Notes under the pieces: model-generated
Database searches by the model: none
Told to the model about the DNA's origin: nothing
The model's input: only the letters and a program-made list of their open reading frames with translations
Part shown: positions 19,024 through 28,107 of the stretch, piece after piece
How the letters are laid out: each line of letters opens with the position of its first letter
Numbering within the stretch: the first letter of the stretch is position 1
Assembly (NCBI GenBank): GCA_944329205.1
Contig: CALVHY010000053.1
Location: forward strand, 1-45,628
Direction: 5' to 3'
From: an uncultured Bacilli bacterium
GTDB lineage: Bacteria; Bacillota_I; Bacilli_A; RF39; UBA660
Length of the DNA: 45,628 nt
Translations under genes and position numbers: made by a program

Positions 19024-19613
19024 AATCTCCTCCTCCTTCTGATAAAATAATCTAATACTAAACCGGATATGCTAGATACAGCCGTTGCTAAAATACTCGT
19101 AATAATAATCTCGGTGGGATTAGCACTGTTATACATAAGCCGTAAGGCAATAACTGTCGTAGGAATAAGGGTTACACCACCCGTGTTTAAAACTAAAAAA
19201 GTTATCATTGCCTCAGTAGCAGTATCTTTCTTGGGATTATCTTTTTGGAGTTCTGCCATGGCTTTTAGACCAAAGGGGGTTGCTGCACTACCTAGACCTA
19301 GCATGTTGGCACCAATATTGGAAGCAATATATCCGAGGGCTAAATGATCCTTGGGTAAACTAGGAAAAAGTCTTCTAAGAAGAGGATTTAAGACTTTAGC
19401 AAAAACTTGAAGTAAACCAGATTTTTCTGCGATTTTCATAATACCGGTCCAAAGAACAATTAAAGGCATCATCTCTAGTATTAAATTAACCCCACTTGTG
19501 GCATGGGTTAAAATACCATTATTAATAGTATCTATTTGACCCGTTAAAAATGAATAAATAATGGCAATGAGTATGAGCCCTACCCATATGACATTTACCA
19601 TGAAGAAAACCAC
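19020..19613 (-). CDS. spmA: Spore maturation protein A
   Basis: 197-aa polytopic ORF overlapping dacB and spmB, in the conserved operon order. Confidence 0.85.
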   Translation of the reverse strand: MVFFMVNVIWVGLILIAIIYSFLTGQIDTINNGILTHATSGVNLILEMMPLIVLWTGIMKIAEKSGLLQVFAKVLNPLLRRLFPSLPKDHLALGYIASNIGANMLGLGSAATPFGLKAMAELQKDNPKKDTATEAMITFLVLNTGGVTLIPTTVIALRLMYNSANPTEIIITSILATAVSSISGLVLDYFIRRRRRL

Positions 19614-20683
19614 CTTAATATTTTACGAAACAAGCCTTCTTTTTCTTCTTCTTTTTTTTCTTCCACTTTTTTAGCATAGATGCTTTCGGTATGAAGTAAA
19701 GTGTCATTAAGCATAACTTTAGCTTCACCTATTTTAATACCATCATATATATAATCATATTTATAAAGACTAATATTTATTTGTAAATCAGCTTTTTCTT
19801 CTTCCGTTACGAGAGCATAATAATCATTTTTAACGTAAAATAAAACATCTTCATAATAATCATCTTCAATCGTAAAATTATTTTTATCAATAGCAAGCAA
19901 ACTATCATACTTGGAAAAATAAGTTTCGTATAAACTTTTGTGATCTAAAAAATCATTACCATCATTTAGAGTGACTACGACTAAGTTTTTGTTATCACGA
20001 GATGCAGTTGTGACAAGGGTTCTTCTAGCAGCATTGGTATAACCGGTTTTGCCTCCAGTCGTATATTCATACATGGAAAAAAGCTTGTTTTTGCCTTCCC
20101 ACTGATAAGTTTTTAAATTACTCTTAGCAGTATATTCTTGAGTTCCAAAGATCTTTTTAAAAGTCTCGTTTTGCATAGCTACTTTGGTTAAAAGAGCCAT
20201 GTCATAAGCTGTAGAAGTGTTTCCTATGCCATCATTATCTAAACCGTGAGGATTAACAAAATTAGTGTTGGTCATCCCAATAGTACGAGCATATTCATTC
20301 ATTAAATAAACAAAGGATTCTTCACTACCAGCGACCGTTTTGGCAATAGCAGTGGCAGCATCATTTCCACTGCGGAGCATTAGGCCATATAATAAATCAA
20401 TTAATTTAATTTCTTCCCCAACTTCTAAATAAACACTAGAACCATATGATTTTAATACATCTTCATCAACTACAACTTGTTTTTCTAAATCACTATACAT
20501 AATCGTAACTAAACAAGTCATGATTTTGGTAATACTAGCAATTAACTGGGGTTCATCTTTGTTTAAATCATATAATACCCGGCCACTATTTAAATCCATA
20601 ACTATAGCTTTATCAGCACTTATAGCTAAAATATTTAAGGGAAATAGAATAAAAAGCAAGAAAGCAACTACTAGTTTTTTCAT
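19595..20683 (-). CDS. dacB: D-alanyl-D-alanine carboxypeptidase (sporulation-type PBP5*)
   Basis: 362 aa with a signal peptide and the SITK (SxxK), SGN and KTGYT motifs. It is followed by spmA and spmB. Confidence 0.9.
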   Translation of the reverse strand: MKKLVVAFLLFILFPLNILAISADKAIVMDLNSGRVLYDLNKDEPQLIASITKIMTCLVTIMYSDLEKQVVVDEDVLKSYGSSVYLEVGEEIKLIDLLYGLMLRSGNDAATAIAKTVAGSEESFVYLMNEYARTIGMTNTNFVNPHGLDNDGIGNTSTAYDMALLTKVAMQNETFKKIFGTQEYTAKSNLKTYQWEGKNKLFSMYEYTTGGKTGYTNAARRTLVTTASRDNKNLVVVTLNDGNDFLDHKSLYETYFSKYDSLLAIDKNNFTIEDDYYEDVLFYVKNDYYALVTEEEKADLQINISLYKYDYIYDGIKIGEAKVMLNDTLLHTESIYAKKVEEKKEEEKEGLFRKILRWFSSW

Positions 20684-20731
20684 CGGTCCTCACCTATTTA
20701 AATGTATGAATATATATTGGGTTTTATAACT

Positions 20732-20760
20732 TAAAAACTGATAAACAAACGTTTATCAGT
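20732..20760 (-). terminator. Intrinsic terminator after surface-protein paralogue B
   Basis: ctgataaac (20738-20746) pairs with gtttatcag (20751-20759), a perfect 9 bp with a 4-nt loop. A T5 run follows on the minus strand. Confidence 0.75.
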
Positions 20761-20783
20761 GTATATATTATGTGTATTTACAT

Positions 20784-22091
20784 TTAGTTTACAACGAATG
20801 GGTCATCGGCTGTTCCGGTGCCGGAGAGTTGGACATCAGCCGAGAGATTTAATACTGGTCGGACACCTAACGCGTTAGGCATGTATTCGTAGGTCAGGGA
20901 TCCACTCGAATTCACATAGAAAACGTAAGCAGTGCCGGCACTAAAGAAATACGGAGACATCGTCCAATAATCCTGGTTCGTATATAGATAATAACTACTA
21001 TTGTTTACTCCTCTTATTCCCCCTGCATAGGCTACTTCATCCGCTGTAATTAATCCGACTGGATAAGTTAAAGCTTCATTTCCAATTTCTGATCCTTCCG
21101 TCGTATAGAGATCACTATCATTTGAGCAGTTATATGTTGGTATTTTATTTATATTTAATCTTATATATGCTCCATAATATGTTGTCGTTGTTCCAGTCCC
21201 TCCTGAGCCATTACTTATAGTTTCATTTGTACTTGGACTTCTATCTCCACAGAACCCAGTGGTGGTAGATATTTTGCTCTTATAGTCTGTATTACTCGCT
21301 ATGTTATTTTGGTACCATGTATCTACTGCACTTTTTATGATACTACTTGTTCCAAGGCCATGTACCTCACCATTTGTGTACATATATCCGACAGAGGCGT
21401 TATTTCCCGACGAGCTATTAAATGCACTGGTACTGGATAACTTGGTTCCTGTTCCCGTAGCACTAGTGCTTGTACCATTATAAATTATTCTTACTGTCCC
21501 ATCGCCATTGATTCGGATGATCCGCCAGTAAAATCCAGCAAACTGTAACCAATTTTCGGTCGTGTTACCAGCAAAGTAATAACTAGTGCCTTCCCCATCC
21601 GGGGCTTGATATATCGTGCCATTGGTATTTTCGGTTAATACTGTGCTGAAATCAGTTCTTTCTTGAATTGTTTTGCCAGCCAATATTGTATCACTCGCTA
21701 ACACTTGAATATCAAAATACAGATAACATTTTGTACCCTTTTGGGATGTTCCTAATATATTTATTTTTCCATTTATATATTCAATGGTGATATCCTCGTC
21801 TTTTACATCATCTACGGCACAATAACTCTCACTTGTGTTTAAGGTATAACCACTTGTTGGTACTATATCTACCTCATCATATCCTCCCGCTTCATTTTGT
21901 TGATATATAGCCACTATATTTAAATCATAAGGAATATATGTGATTGTCCCATTGATTAAAGGAAAAGATTCGGTTACCCGGTATTTTGCTCTTGTAAAGT
22001 TTAGTATTAAGGTTGTAATTAACGCTATGACTATGACTCCTATAATAATATTTCTTGTTAAATGATTCTTTTTTAAAGTCTCTATTTCCAT
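20784..22091 (-). CDS. N-terminally membrane-anchored surface protein, paralogue B (constant leader + type-1 head)
   Basis: The ORF track extends to 22115. I prefer the ATG at 22091 (MEIETLKKNHLTRN), which has RBS AAGAGGAAAG 4 nt upstream. It has the same TM helix and two-Cys module as A and C. The head is collinear with A (WRIIRINGDGTVRIIYNG, GFCGDR, VGLITADEVAYAGG, YWTMSP, GVRPVLNL). A 32-nt stretch is identical to A (21592-21623 = 965-996). Confidence 0.85.
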   Translation of the reverse strand: MEIETLKKNHLTRNIIIGVIVIALITTLILNFTRAKYRVTESFPLINGTITYIPYDLNIVAIYQQNEAGGYDEVDIVPTSGYTLNTSESYCAVDDVKDEDITIEYINGKINILGTSQKGTKCYLYFDIQVLASDTILAGKTIQERTDFSTVLTENTNGTIYQAPDGEGTSYYFAGNTTENWLQFAGFYWRIIRINGDGTVRIIYNGTSTSATGTGTKLSSTSAFNSSSGNNASVGYMYTNGEVHGLGTSSIIKSAVDTWYQNNIASNTDYKSKISTTTGFCGDRSPSTNETISNGSGGTGTTTTYYGAYIRLNINKIPTYNCSNDSDLYTTEGSEIGNEALTYPVGLITADEVAYAGGIRGVNNSSYYLYTNQDYWTMSPYFFSAGTAYVFYVNSSGSLTYEYMPNALGVRPVLNLSADVQLSGTGTADDPFVVN

Positions 22092-22336
22092 AATCTTTCC
22101 TCTTTTCCCATGCATCTTACCATACTTTTAAATTTATTTCATTACGTTCGACAAAACTAGCTAAAACTTAGCAATTTGCTATCTTTATCTACTCTATATA
22201 TTTAATATACATTATTATTGAGTAAAAATCAATAAAAATCGTTTTATTTTATGAAAAATTATTTTATGTTGCATACTTGGGTTCTCTTATTTGTTTTTTT
22301 GTGTAACAATTAATACAAAGAAAGAGAGTTTTTAAA

Positions 22337-22795
22337 ATGATGAGACTAAAAAAAGTTAGAATTTATGCTGATTTAAATCAAAAAGATGTCGCGGAAAAAT
22401 TAGGGGTTGCTTATAGTAGCTATAACACCTGGGAAAGAGAAAATGATCTTATGCCTTTAAAACAGTTAGATAAATTTTGTAATATTTTTAAAGTATCCCT
22501 AGATTATGTCTTAGGGTTTAGTAATATTTGGGAATACCCTGATAGTGGGAAAATAGATCCTTTTTTATTAGCTAAAAGAATAAAGAGAATTAGAAGAGAA
22601 AATGATTTATCTCAGGATGATTTAGCTAATATGTTTAATATTACCCGCTCTTCAATAAGTAAGTATGAAAACGGCATTAATCTTGCTCTTACGTCTTATA
22701 TCATTGCTTTTTGTAAATATTTTAATGTCTCTGCCGATTTTGTAACAGGGAAAATTGATGAGGAAATTAAACTGGACTTAACAGTTAAAAATTAG
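22337..22795 (+). CDS. XRE-family regulator with two tandem HTH domains
   Basis: 152 aa with two Cro/CI-type HTH units (LNQKDVAEKLGVAYSSYNTWE and LSQDDLANMFNITRSSISKYE). It is divergent from paralogue B and upstream of the Y-family polymerase. Confidence 0.88.
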   Translation: MMRLKKVRIYADLNQKDVAEKLGVAYSSYNTWERENDLMPLKQLDKFCNIFKVSLDYVLGFSNIWEYPDSGKIDPFLLAKRIKRIRRENDLSQDDLANMFNITRSSISKYENGINLALTSYIIAFCKYFNVSADFVTGKIDEEIKLDLTVKN

Positions 22796-22863
22796 TCTAG
22801 TTTTTATTTGGTATATTTTGGTTCTTGATTTAATACAATTGTTTGCTTATAATTAAAGTGGTG

Positions 22864-24129
22864 ATGCAAATGACGCAGGTTTATTTAAAACGAAACTTTT
22901 TGTGTATTGATCTAAAAAGTTTTTTTGCTTCCGTTGAATGTTTGGATAGAGGCAAAGACCCTTTTAGCTATCCTTTGGTGGTAGCTAATCCTAAGCAAGG
23001 GACAGGAGCGATTACCTTGGCTGTTAGTCCTTATCTTAAAAGCTTGGGTGTAGCATCAAGATCGCGTCTTTTTGAAATACCTAAAAAAATAAAATATGTT
23101 ATAGCAAAACCGAGGATGAGTCTTTATCTTGCTAAATCAAGAGAAGTAGTTGAAGTTTATTTAAAATATGTAGCTAAAGAAGATTTACATATTTATTCGA
23201 TTGATGAATGTTTTTTGGATGTAACAGATTATTTAAAAATGTATAAAAAAAGTGATTATGAACTGGCCTTAGATATTTTAGAAGATGTAAAAAGGACAAC
23301 TGGATTGTGTGCTACTTGTGGGATTGGGCCAAATATGCTTATGGCCAAAATAGCAATGGATATCGAGGCCAAACATAATAATGATTTTATAGCAAAGTGG
23401 ACTTATGAAGATATCCCGGATAAATTATGGAGTATAGCTCCTCTTTCTAAAGTTTGGGGAATTGGGCCGAGAATGGAAGCTAATTTAAATAAAATGGGGA
23501 TTTATACGATGGGTGATTTAGCTCATTTTGACCGCTATAAATTAAAGCAAAAATTTGGTGTGATTGGTTTAGAACTTTGGAATCATGCGAATGGGATTGA
23601 TCTTAGTAGAATTAGGAATATGGAAAAAGGAGCTGATAAGTCTTATTCCCATAGTCAAGTGTTGTTTAAAGATTATAATGGGGAAAATATTAAGATTATT
23701 ATTAGAGAAATGGCCGAAGTTATGGCTCTTAGATTACAAGAGAATCATAAGACTTGTCTTAAAGTGGGACTGGGTATGTCGTATTCCAAAAGTGTTGGTG
23801 GTGGTTTTTTTCATCAAATAACCCTTAGTAATCCTACCGATAGAAAAGATGTGATTTTGGCTAATTGTTTAATGATTTTTGATAAGTTTTATCAAGATTT
23901 ACCTATTCGCAAAGTTAGTATTAACTGTGGAGATTTGGCGGATAAAACAGGAGTGCAATTAAATATTTTTGATAATATCAACGAAATAGAAGAGGCTGAT
24001 AGTATTAATCAAGCTATAAGGGAAATTAAAAATAAATATGGGAAAAATTCTTTACTTAGTGCCTCTAGTTTACTTAGGGATTCAACCATTAAAGATCGGA
24101 ATAAAAAAATAGGAGGTCATACGGCATGA
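22864..24129 (+). CDS. Y-family (UmuC/UvrX-like) translesion DNA polymerase
   Basis: The motifs are FLCIDLKSFFASVEC and SIDECFLDVT (catalytic acidic residues), with little-finger region homology. The start is uncertain: the track uses TTG at 22843, and ATG 22864 or 22870 lie behind GGTGA. Confidence 0.88.
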   Translation: MQMTQVYLKRNFLCIDLKSFFASVECLDRGKDPFSYPLVVANPKQGTGAITLAVSPYLKSLGVASRSRLFEIPKKIKYVIAKPRMSLYLAKSREVVEVYLKYVAKEDLHIYSIDECFLDVTDYLKMYKKSDYELALDILEDVKRTTGLCATCGIGPNMLMAKIAMDIEAKHNNDFIAKWTYEDIPDKLWSIAPLSKVWGIGPRMEANLNKMGIYTMGDLAHFDRYKLKQKFGVIGLELWNHANGIDLSRIRNMEKGADKSYSHSQVLFKDYNGENIKIIIREMAEVMALRLQENHKTCLKVGLGMSYSKSVGGGFFHQITLSNPTDRKDVILANCLMIFDKFYQDLPIRKVSINCGDLADKTGVQLNIFDNINEIEEADSINQAIREIKNKYGKNSLLSASSLLRDSTIKDRNKKIGGHTA

Positions 24130-24440
24130 TTGATCGTGGTTTTGTTAAATGGCAACCCTTTAATTCCCTTACACCACTTAAAGATACATTTGAAGAAATT
24201 GATAAAAATAAGACTAAGAGAAAACCTGTTTTGTTTCCAGAACAAGTAAGTTTACTTAATGAACAGATACTTAATGCTTATTATAGTAAAGATAACATAA
24301 TTATTAAGTATTATGAAAATGGCAAAATAATGAGTGTTAAAAGTGTTATTAAAAAAATAAATCCAAGTAGCAAATTAATGGAACTTGGATGTGGTAAAAA
24401 ACTATTCTTTGGTCAAATTATTCAAGTTAAATCGGGATAA
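24126..24440 (+). CDS. YolD-like protein (accessory gene commonly paired with UvrX/YqjW-type polymerases)
   Basis: 104 aa starting MIDRGFVKWQPFNSL, the YolD signature. It overlaps the polymerase stop by 4 nt. Confidence 0.75.
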   Translation: MIDRGFVKWQPFNSLTPLKDTFEEIDKNKTKRKPVLFPEQVSLLNEQILNAYYSKDNIIIKYYENGKIMSVKSVIKKINPSSKLMELGCGKKLFFGQIIQVKSG

Positions 24441-25303
24441 ACATAGTAGTATAACCAGTTGTGATATAAAAGAGTCGAAGTAGATAGCCATGAATAAACG
24501 GGTTCTTTATTTGGATCGTTATCTTTATAATAATTACATGGAGGATTAATATCTAATCCTTTTTTTAAGTCTCTTTTATATTCTTGATCAAGCGTGCATA
24601 AATCATATTCAGCATGACCAGTTAAAAACACTTTACTTTTATCTTTACTCTCAACAATGTAGATGCCCGATTCATTTGATTTACTAGTTAAGTAAAGATC
24701 GCTTTTTTCCATTACTTCACTTTCAATAATACTGCAATACCTTGATTGAGGGATTAAAAAGTAATCATTAAAGCCTTTAGTTAAATCAGTTTTGTGCACA
24801 AGATAATGTTCGTATAAGCCGGATAATTTAGTTTCGAGGTTGTAACGGTTGATGCCATAAAAGTACTGAAGAGCAAATTGGGAGGCCCAGCAAAGAAAGA
24901 TGGTTGATCTAACATGAGTTTTGGTGTATTTAAAAAATTCTTTTAACTCTTCAATGTAGTCAATACTTTGATAGTTTAAGTGTTCAAGGGGAGCTCCCGT
25001 AACTATTAGGCCGTCATAAAATTTATCTTTGATCTCAGAAAAAGCATAATAGTGTTTTAGATAATAATCTTTTTTTTTAGAATCTGCCTTTTTGGTATTA
25101 AGATAAATAAAATCAATTTGAACTTGTAAAAACTTGGTGTCTAAAACGGTTAGAAATTGCCTTTCGGTATCTTCAAGGGTAGGCATTAAATTTAAGATAG
25201 CCACTTTAACATGGGGTTTTTGAGCATCTATTTGGCTAATAAATCCAACTTTTCCTTGCAATTTTTGAATACATTCTAGGTTTTTACTTAAAAATATAGC
25301 CAT
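24422..25303 (-). CDS. metA: Homoserine O-acyltransferase MetA
   Basis: 293 aa with ILNLMPT..DTERQF, FDGLIVTGAPLE, LTGHAEYD and NWLYYYVY, collinear with B. subtilis MetA. Confidence 0.93.
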   Translation of the reverse strand: MAIFLSKNLECIQKLQGKVGFISQIDAQKPHVKVAILNLMPTLEDTERQFLTVLDTKFLQVQIDFIYLNTKKADSKKKDYYLKHYYAFSEIKDKFYDGLIVTGAPLEHLNYQSIDYIEELKEFFKYTKTHVRSTIFLCWASQFALQYFYGINRYNLETKLSGLYEHYLVHKTDLTKGFNDYFLIPQSRYCSIIESEVMEKSDLYLTSKSNESGIYIVESKDKSKVFLTGHAEYDLCTLDQEYKRDLKKGLDINPPCNYYKDNDPNKEPVYSWLSTSTLLYHNWLYYYVYPDLT

Positions 25304-25320
25304 GTTTTTACCTCACTCCT

Positions 25321-25635
25321 TTAATATTTATGAGCCATTACTTTTAAAATGACATCATAATCATCATCGATCGCAACTTTATTTTTTTTAATCATTCCAC
25401 ATTTATCACAACGATAAATTATTTTTAAATTATCTTTGGGGCTCTTTTCAATATCAATGGGTCGCAATATTCCTAGACATTTACATAATCTATCTCCAGG
25501 ATAATCATCAACATGTAGACTACATAAGCATTTGGGACAATGGTCTCTTGCTGTGTAGGATAAGGGCTCGATGAAAGCGTTACAAACAAGACATGTAAAA
25601 CTTTCATCAACCATTTTAAACTTTTTTGAATCCAT
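25321..25635 (-). CDS. RNHCP-domain zinc-ribbon protein
   Basis: 104 aa with the Cys pairs CLVC...RDHCPKCLCSLHVD...CKC...CDKC. The RDHCPxC..S.H.D pattern matches the RNHCP domain as remembered. Confidence 0.7.
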   Translation of the reverse strand: MDSKKFKMVDESFTCLVCNAFIEPLSYTARDHCPKCLCSLHVDDYPGDRLCKCLGILRPIDIEKSPKDNLKIIYRCDKCGMIKKNKVAIDDDYDVILKVMAHKY

Positions 25636-26154
25636 TTACATCACTTTCTTTAATTCTTTTAGAACTAGTAACATTTCTCTAGTTACTAATTTGTTTATTT
25701 GCAAATCTCCGGGATGGGTTAATAAATATTTTTTGATGTTTTTAAGAGGAATATAAGTAAGCGTAAAATTTCCGTTTTTCTCTTGGTCATCTAAATTTAT
25801 ATTATCAAGATTATATGCTTCATCAGTAAAAATATAAAAATAATATATTTCAATACTGCGATTATTTCCTTTAACAGGATAATCTTTTAAAAAATATTTT
25901 AGAGCAAAAAAAGGTTCGTATTCCCCTTTTAAAACAATACCCGTTTCTTCTAATATTTCTCTTTTTAGGGCATCGTTAAACGTTTCATCGCTTTCTAAGT
26001 GGCCACCAGGAAATTGAATGGTACTGTAAGCCTCGGCAAGCAATACTTCTTTTTTAGAGTTTACCATGATGGCTTTAAGACGAATAATGTGATCGTTTAG
26101 CTCTTCTTCTTTTAAATGATTATAATTAATAATTTTCGTTTTCATAAATACCAC
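25636..26154 (-). CDS. NUDIX hydrolase
   Basis: The Nudix box is GGHLESDETFNDALKREILEETGI (Gx5Ex7REUxEExGU). Confidence 0.88.
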   Translation of the reverse strand: MVFMKTKIINYNHLKEEELNDHIIRLKAIMVNSKKEVLLAEAYSTIQFPGGHLESDETFNDALKREILEETGIVLKGEYEPFFALKYFLKDYPVKGNNRSIEIYYFYIFTDEAYNLDNINLDDQEKNGNFTLTYIPLKNIKKYLLTHPGDLQINKLVTREMLLVLKELKKVM

Positions 26155-26170
26155 ATTATTATTGTAAACT

Positions 26171-26193
26171 AAAAAGCTAGATAAAACTAGCTT
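26171..26193 (-). terminator. Weak intrinsic terminator after gltX and tRNA-Glu
   Basis: aagctag (26174-26180) pairs with ctagctt (26187-26193), 7 bp with a 6-nt loop. TTTAGTTT follows on the minus strand. Confidence 0.45.
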
Positions 26194-26252
26194 ATAGCTT
26201 CGACTTTACATTTATAAGACAGTAAAAATCCTTACGGACTAAATAAACTAAA

Positions 26253-26328
26253 TGGTGATCTGTATGGGATTTGAACCCATGAATGTTGCCTTGAGAGGGC
26301 AATGTGTTAACCGCTTCACCAACAGACC
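26253..26328 (-). tRNA. tRNA-Glu (anticodon CTC)
   Basis: The minus-strand 76-nt cloverleaf is GGTCTGT-TG-GTG-AAGCGGTTAA-CAC-A-TTGCC-CTCTCAA-GGCAA-CATTC-ATGGG-TTCAAAT-CCCAT-ACAGATC-A-CCA. The backbone is typical of Firmicute tRNA-Glu and positions 34-36 read CTC. The 26192-26386 ORF in the track is therefore spurious. Confidence 0.88.
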
Positions 26329-26386
26329 ATAATATCTTTTTTTTAAAAGATATTATTATATTATCATACTTTAGAAAGTTTGACAA

Positions 26387-28051
26387 TTAATTGTTGTAAT
26401 TTTCTTTAAATTTTGTAAGACGATCAGACATTCTTTTTTTGCCAAGAATTTGCATAATATCATAAAGATTAGGGGTCATGTTGGAAGTAGTTATAACAAC
26501 TCTTATAACAGTCGTGAAATCAGCAATGTTTCCTTTAAAATTATTAGGATTTTCTTTGTATTCTTTCATGTTGCTCGCATAACCCATCTTGTCACATAAC
26601 GCTTTAATTTTATTAAACCATACTTCTTCGGAATCCGCTTCATCGTAATAATTATTTAAATATTCTTCCATAATCATAATAATTTCTTCTTTATCCGTAA
26701 TTTTGGTAAAATCATATGTCAAGGGCTTATTCCACTCTTCATCATATAGATACCAAGTTTTCGGAAAGATACTTAGATAATTTTCATAATCTTTTCTTGG
26801 TTTTTTGGTAGTTCTTTCAATATTTAGGAAAGTAATAGTATCATCTTTGTATTTCTTTATTAATTCATATACGTGTTCATCATAATTTTTAGCCCAAGCT
26901 AAATATTTTTCGTAAAGCTCGCTGGCACTAATCTTGGAAATATAATTTTTAGAAATGTTATCTAACTTATCGAGGTCAAATAAGGCTCCACTTGAGCTCA
27001 TTTTTTTGGGACTAAAAGGAAATTCGTAAAAAGGAGTATCAGGATGATTAGTGCGCCATTCTTCAAAATTAGAGTTAGCAATAGTTAAGACAGCATCTAT
27101 AACCGCAAGAGGAGGATATCCTTTTTCTTCATAGTAAAACATTAAAGCTTCAGGGTCTTTGCGTTTAGAAATTTTACGGATTGTATCTTGATCTTTTTTT
27201 AAGATTAAAGATGTGTGAATGTATTTAGGCATTTTAAAGTTAAAAGCAGCAAAAAGCTCGTAGTGAAGAGGAAGGCTACTTAGCCACTCTTCCCCTCTAA
27301 CAACATGGGTAGTACGCATTAGGTGATCATCAACCACATGAGCAAAGTGGTAAGTGGGAAGACGATTTTCACTTTTCATGATCGGAACATCAATATCGTT
27401 TTCAGGCATTTCGATTTTTCCTTTGGTTAAATCTTCAAAAAGAAATTTCTTAGTAAAATCCCCTTCCGAACGAAAGCGAATAGTGTATTTTTCCCCATTT
27501 TTTATTCTTCTTGCTAATTCATCATTAGATACATCTCGATATTTGGCATAGCGGCCATAAATACCAATTCGTTTTTTGGATTTGGCTTGATATTCTCTTA
27601 TTTCCTTTAGTTCTTCACTTGTTAAAAAGCAAGGATAAGCCCGGCCAATACTGATTAGATGTTTGATAAAGGCGTGATATATAGGCATTCTTTTACTTTG
27701 AATATAAGGGCCATACTTTCCTTTAGTTTCTCCGGCAAATTCGTATTCATCAGGATATATATTGTAGTGTTTTAAAACATGATGAATAAATTCCATTGCT
27801 CCATCAACACTACGAGCTTGATCAGTATCTTCGTTTCGTAAGAAAAAAATGCCGTGGGAAGCATGAGCAAGACAATAGTTGATAGTTGCACTCATCATAT
27901 TGCCAATATGCATAAAGCCTGTGGGAGATGGAGCAAAACGAACTACTTTGGCCCCCTCCTCTAAATTTCTTTCTGGATATAATTTTTCATAATCAGCGAT
28001 AGTTTGGGTAATTTCAGGAAATATTAGGTCTGCTAATTCTTTGTTTGTCAT
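26387..28051 (-). CDS. gltX: Glutamate--tRNA ligase (long, clostridial-type form)
   Basis: 554 aa with the HIGH region RFAPSPTGFMHIGN, PTYHFAHVVDDHLMRTTHVVRGEEWLSS, and the KMSKS-equivalent KISKRK. Confidence 0.93.
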   Translation of the reverse strand: MTNKELADLIFPEITQTIADYEKLYPERNLEEGAKVVRFAPSPTGFMHIGNMMSATINYCLAHASHGIFFLRNEDTDQARSVDGAMEFIHHVLKHYNIYPDEYEFAGETKGKYGPYIQSKRMPIYHAFIKHLISIGRAYPCFLTSEELKEIREYQAKSKKRIGIYGRYAKYRDVSNDELARRIKNGEKYTIRFRSEGDFTKKFLFEDLTKGKIEMPENDIDVPIMKSENRLPTYHFAHVVDDHLMRTTHVVRGEEWLSSLPLHYELFAAFNFKMPKYIHTSLILKKDQDTIRKISKRKDPEALMFYYEEKGYPPLAVIDAVLTIANSNFEEWRTNHPDTPFYEFPFSPKKMSSSGALFDLDKLDNISKNYISKISASELYEKYLAWAKNYDEHVYELIKKYKDDTITFLNIERTTKKPRKDYENYLSIFPKTWYLYDEEWNKPLTYDFTKITDKEEIIMIMEEYLNNYYDEADSEEVWFNKIKALCDKMGYASNMKEYKENPNNFKGNIADFTTVIRVVITTSNMTPNLYDIMQILGKKRMSDRLTKFKENYNN

Positions 28052-28107
28052 AATTAACCTCTTTTCTTTATATATTGTACCTAATTATCTTAAAAAAAGC
28101 AAGATTC

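Noticed and set aside
20684-20731. Sigma-E-type promoter for dacB (CATACATT -10-like element in aatatatattcatacattt)
   Set aside because: The -10-like match is suggestive given dacB biology. The -35 match is poor and the region is generic AT-rich sequence, so it is too weak to report as a feature.
22796-22863. LexA (Cheo) box upstream of the Y-family polymerase
   Set aside because: I looked for GAAC-N4-GTTC and found only isolated GTTC or GAAC half-sites. An SOS operator cannot be claimed.
26192-26386. 64-aa ORF on the minus strand
   Set aside because: It is fully occupied by a well-folding tRNA-Glu gene (26253-26328) and its flanks. It is not protein-coding.
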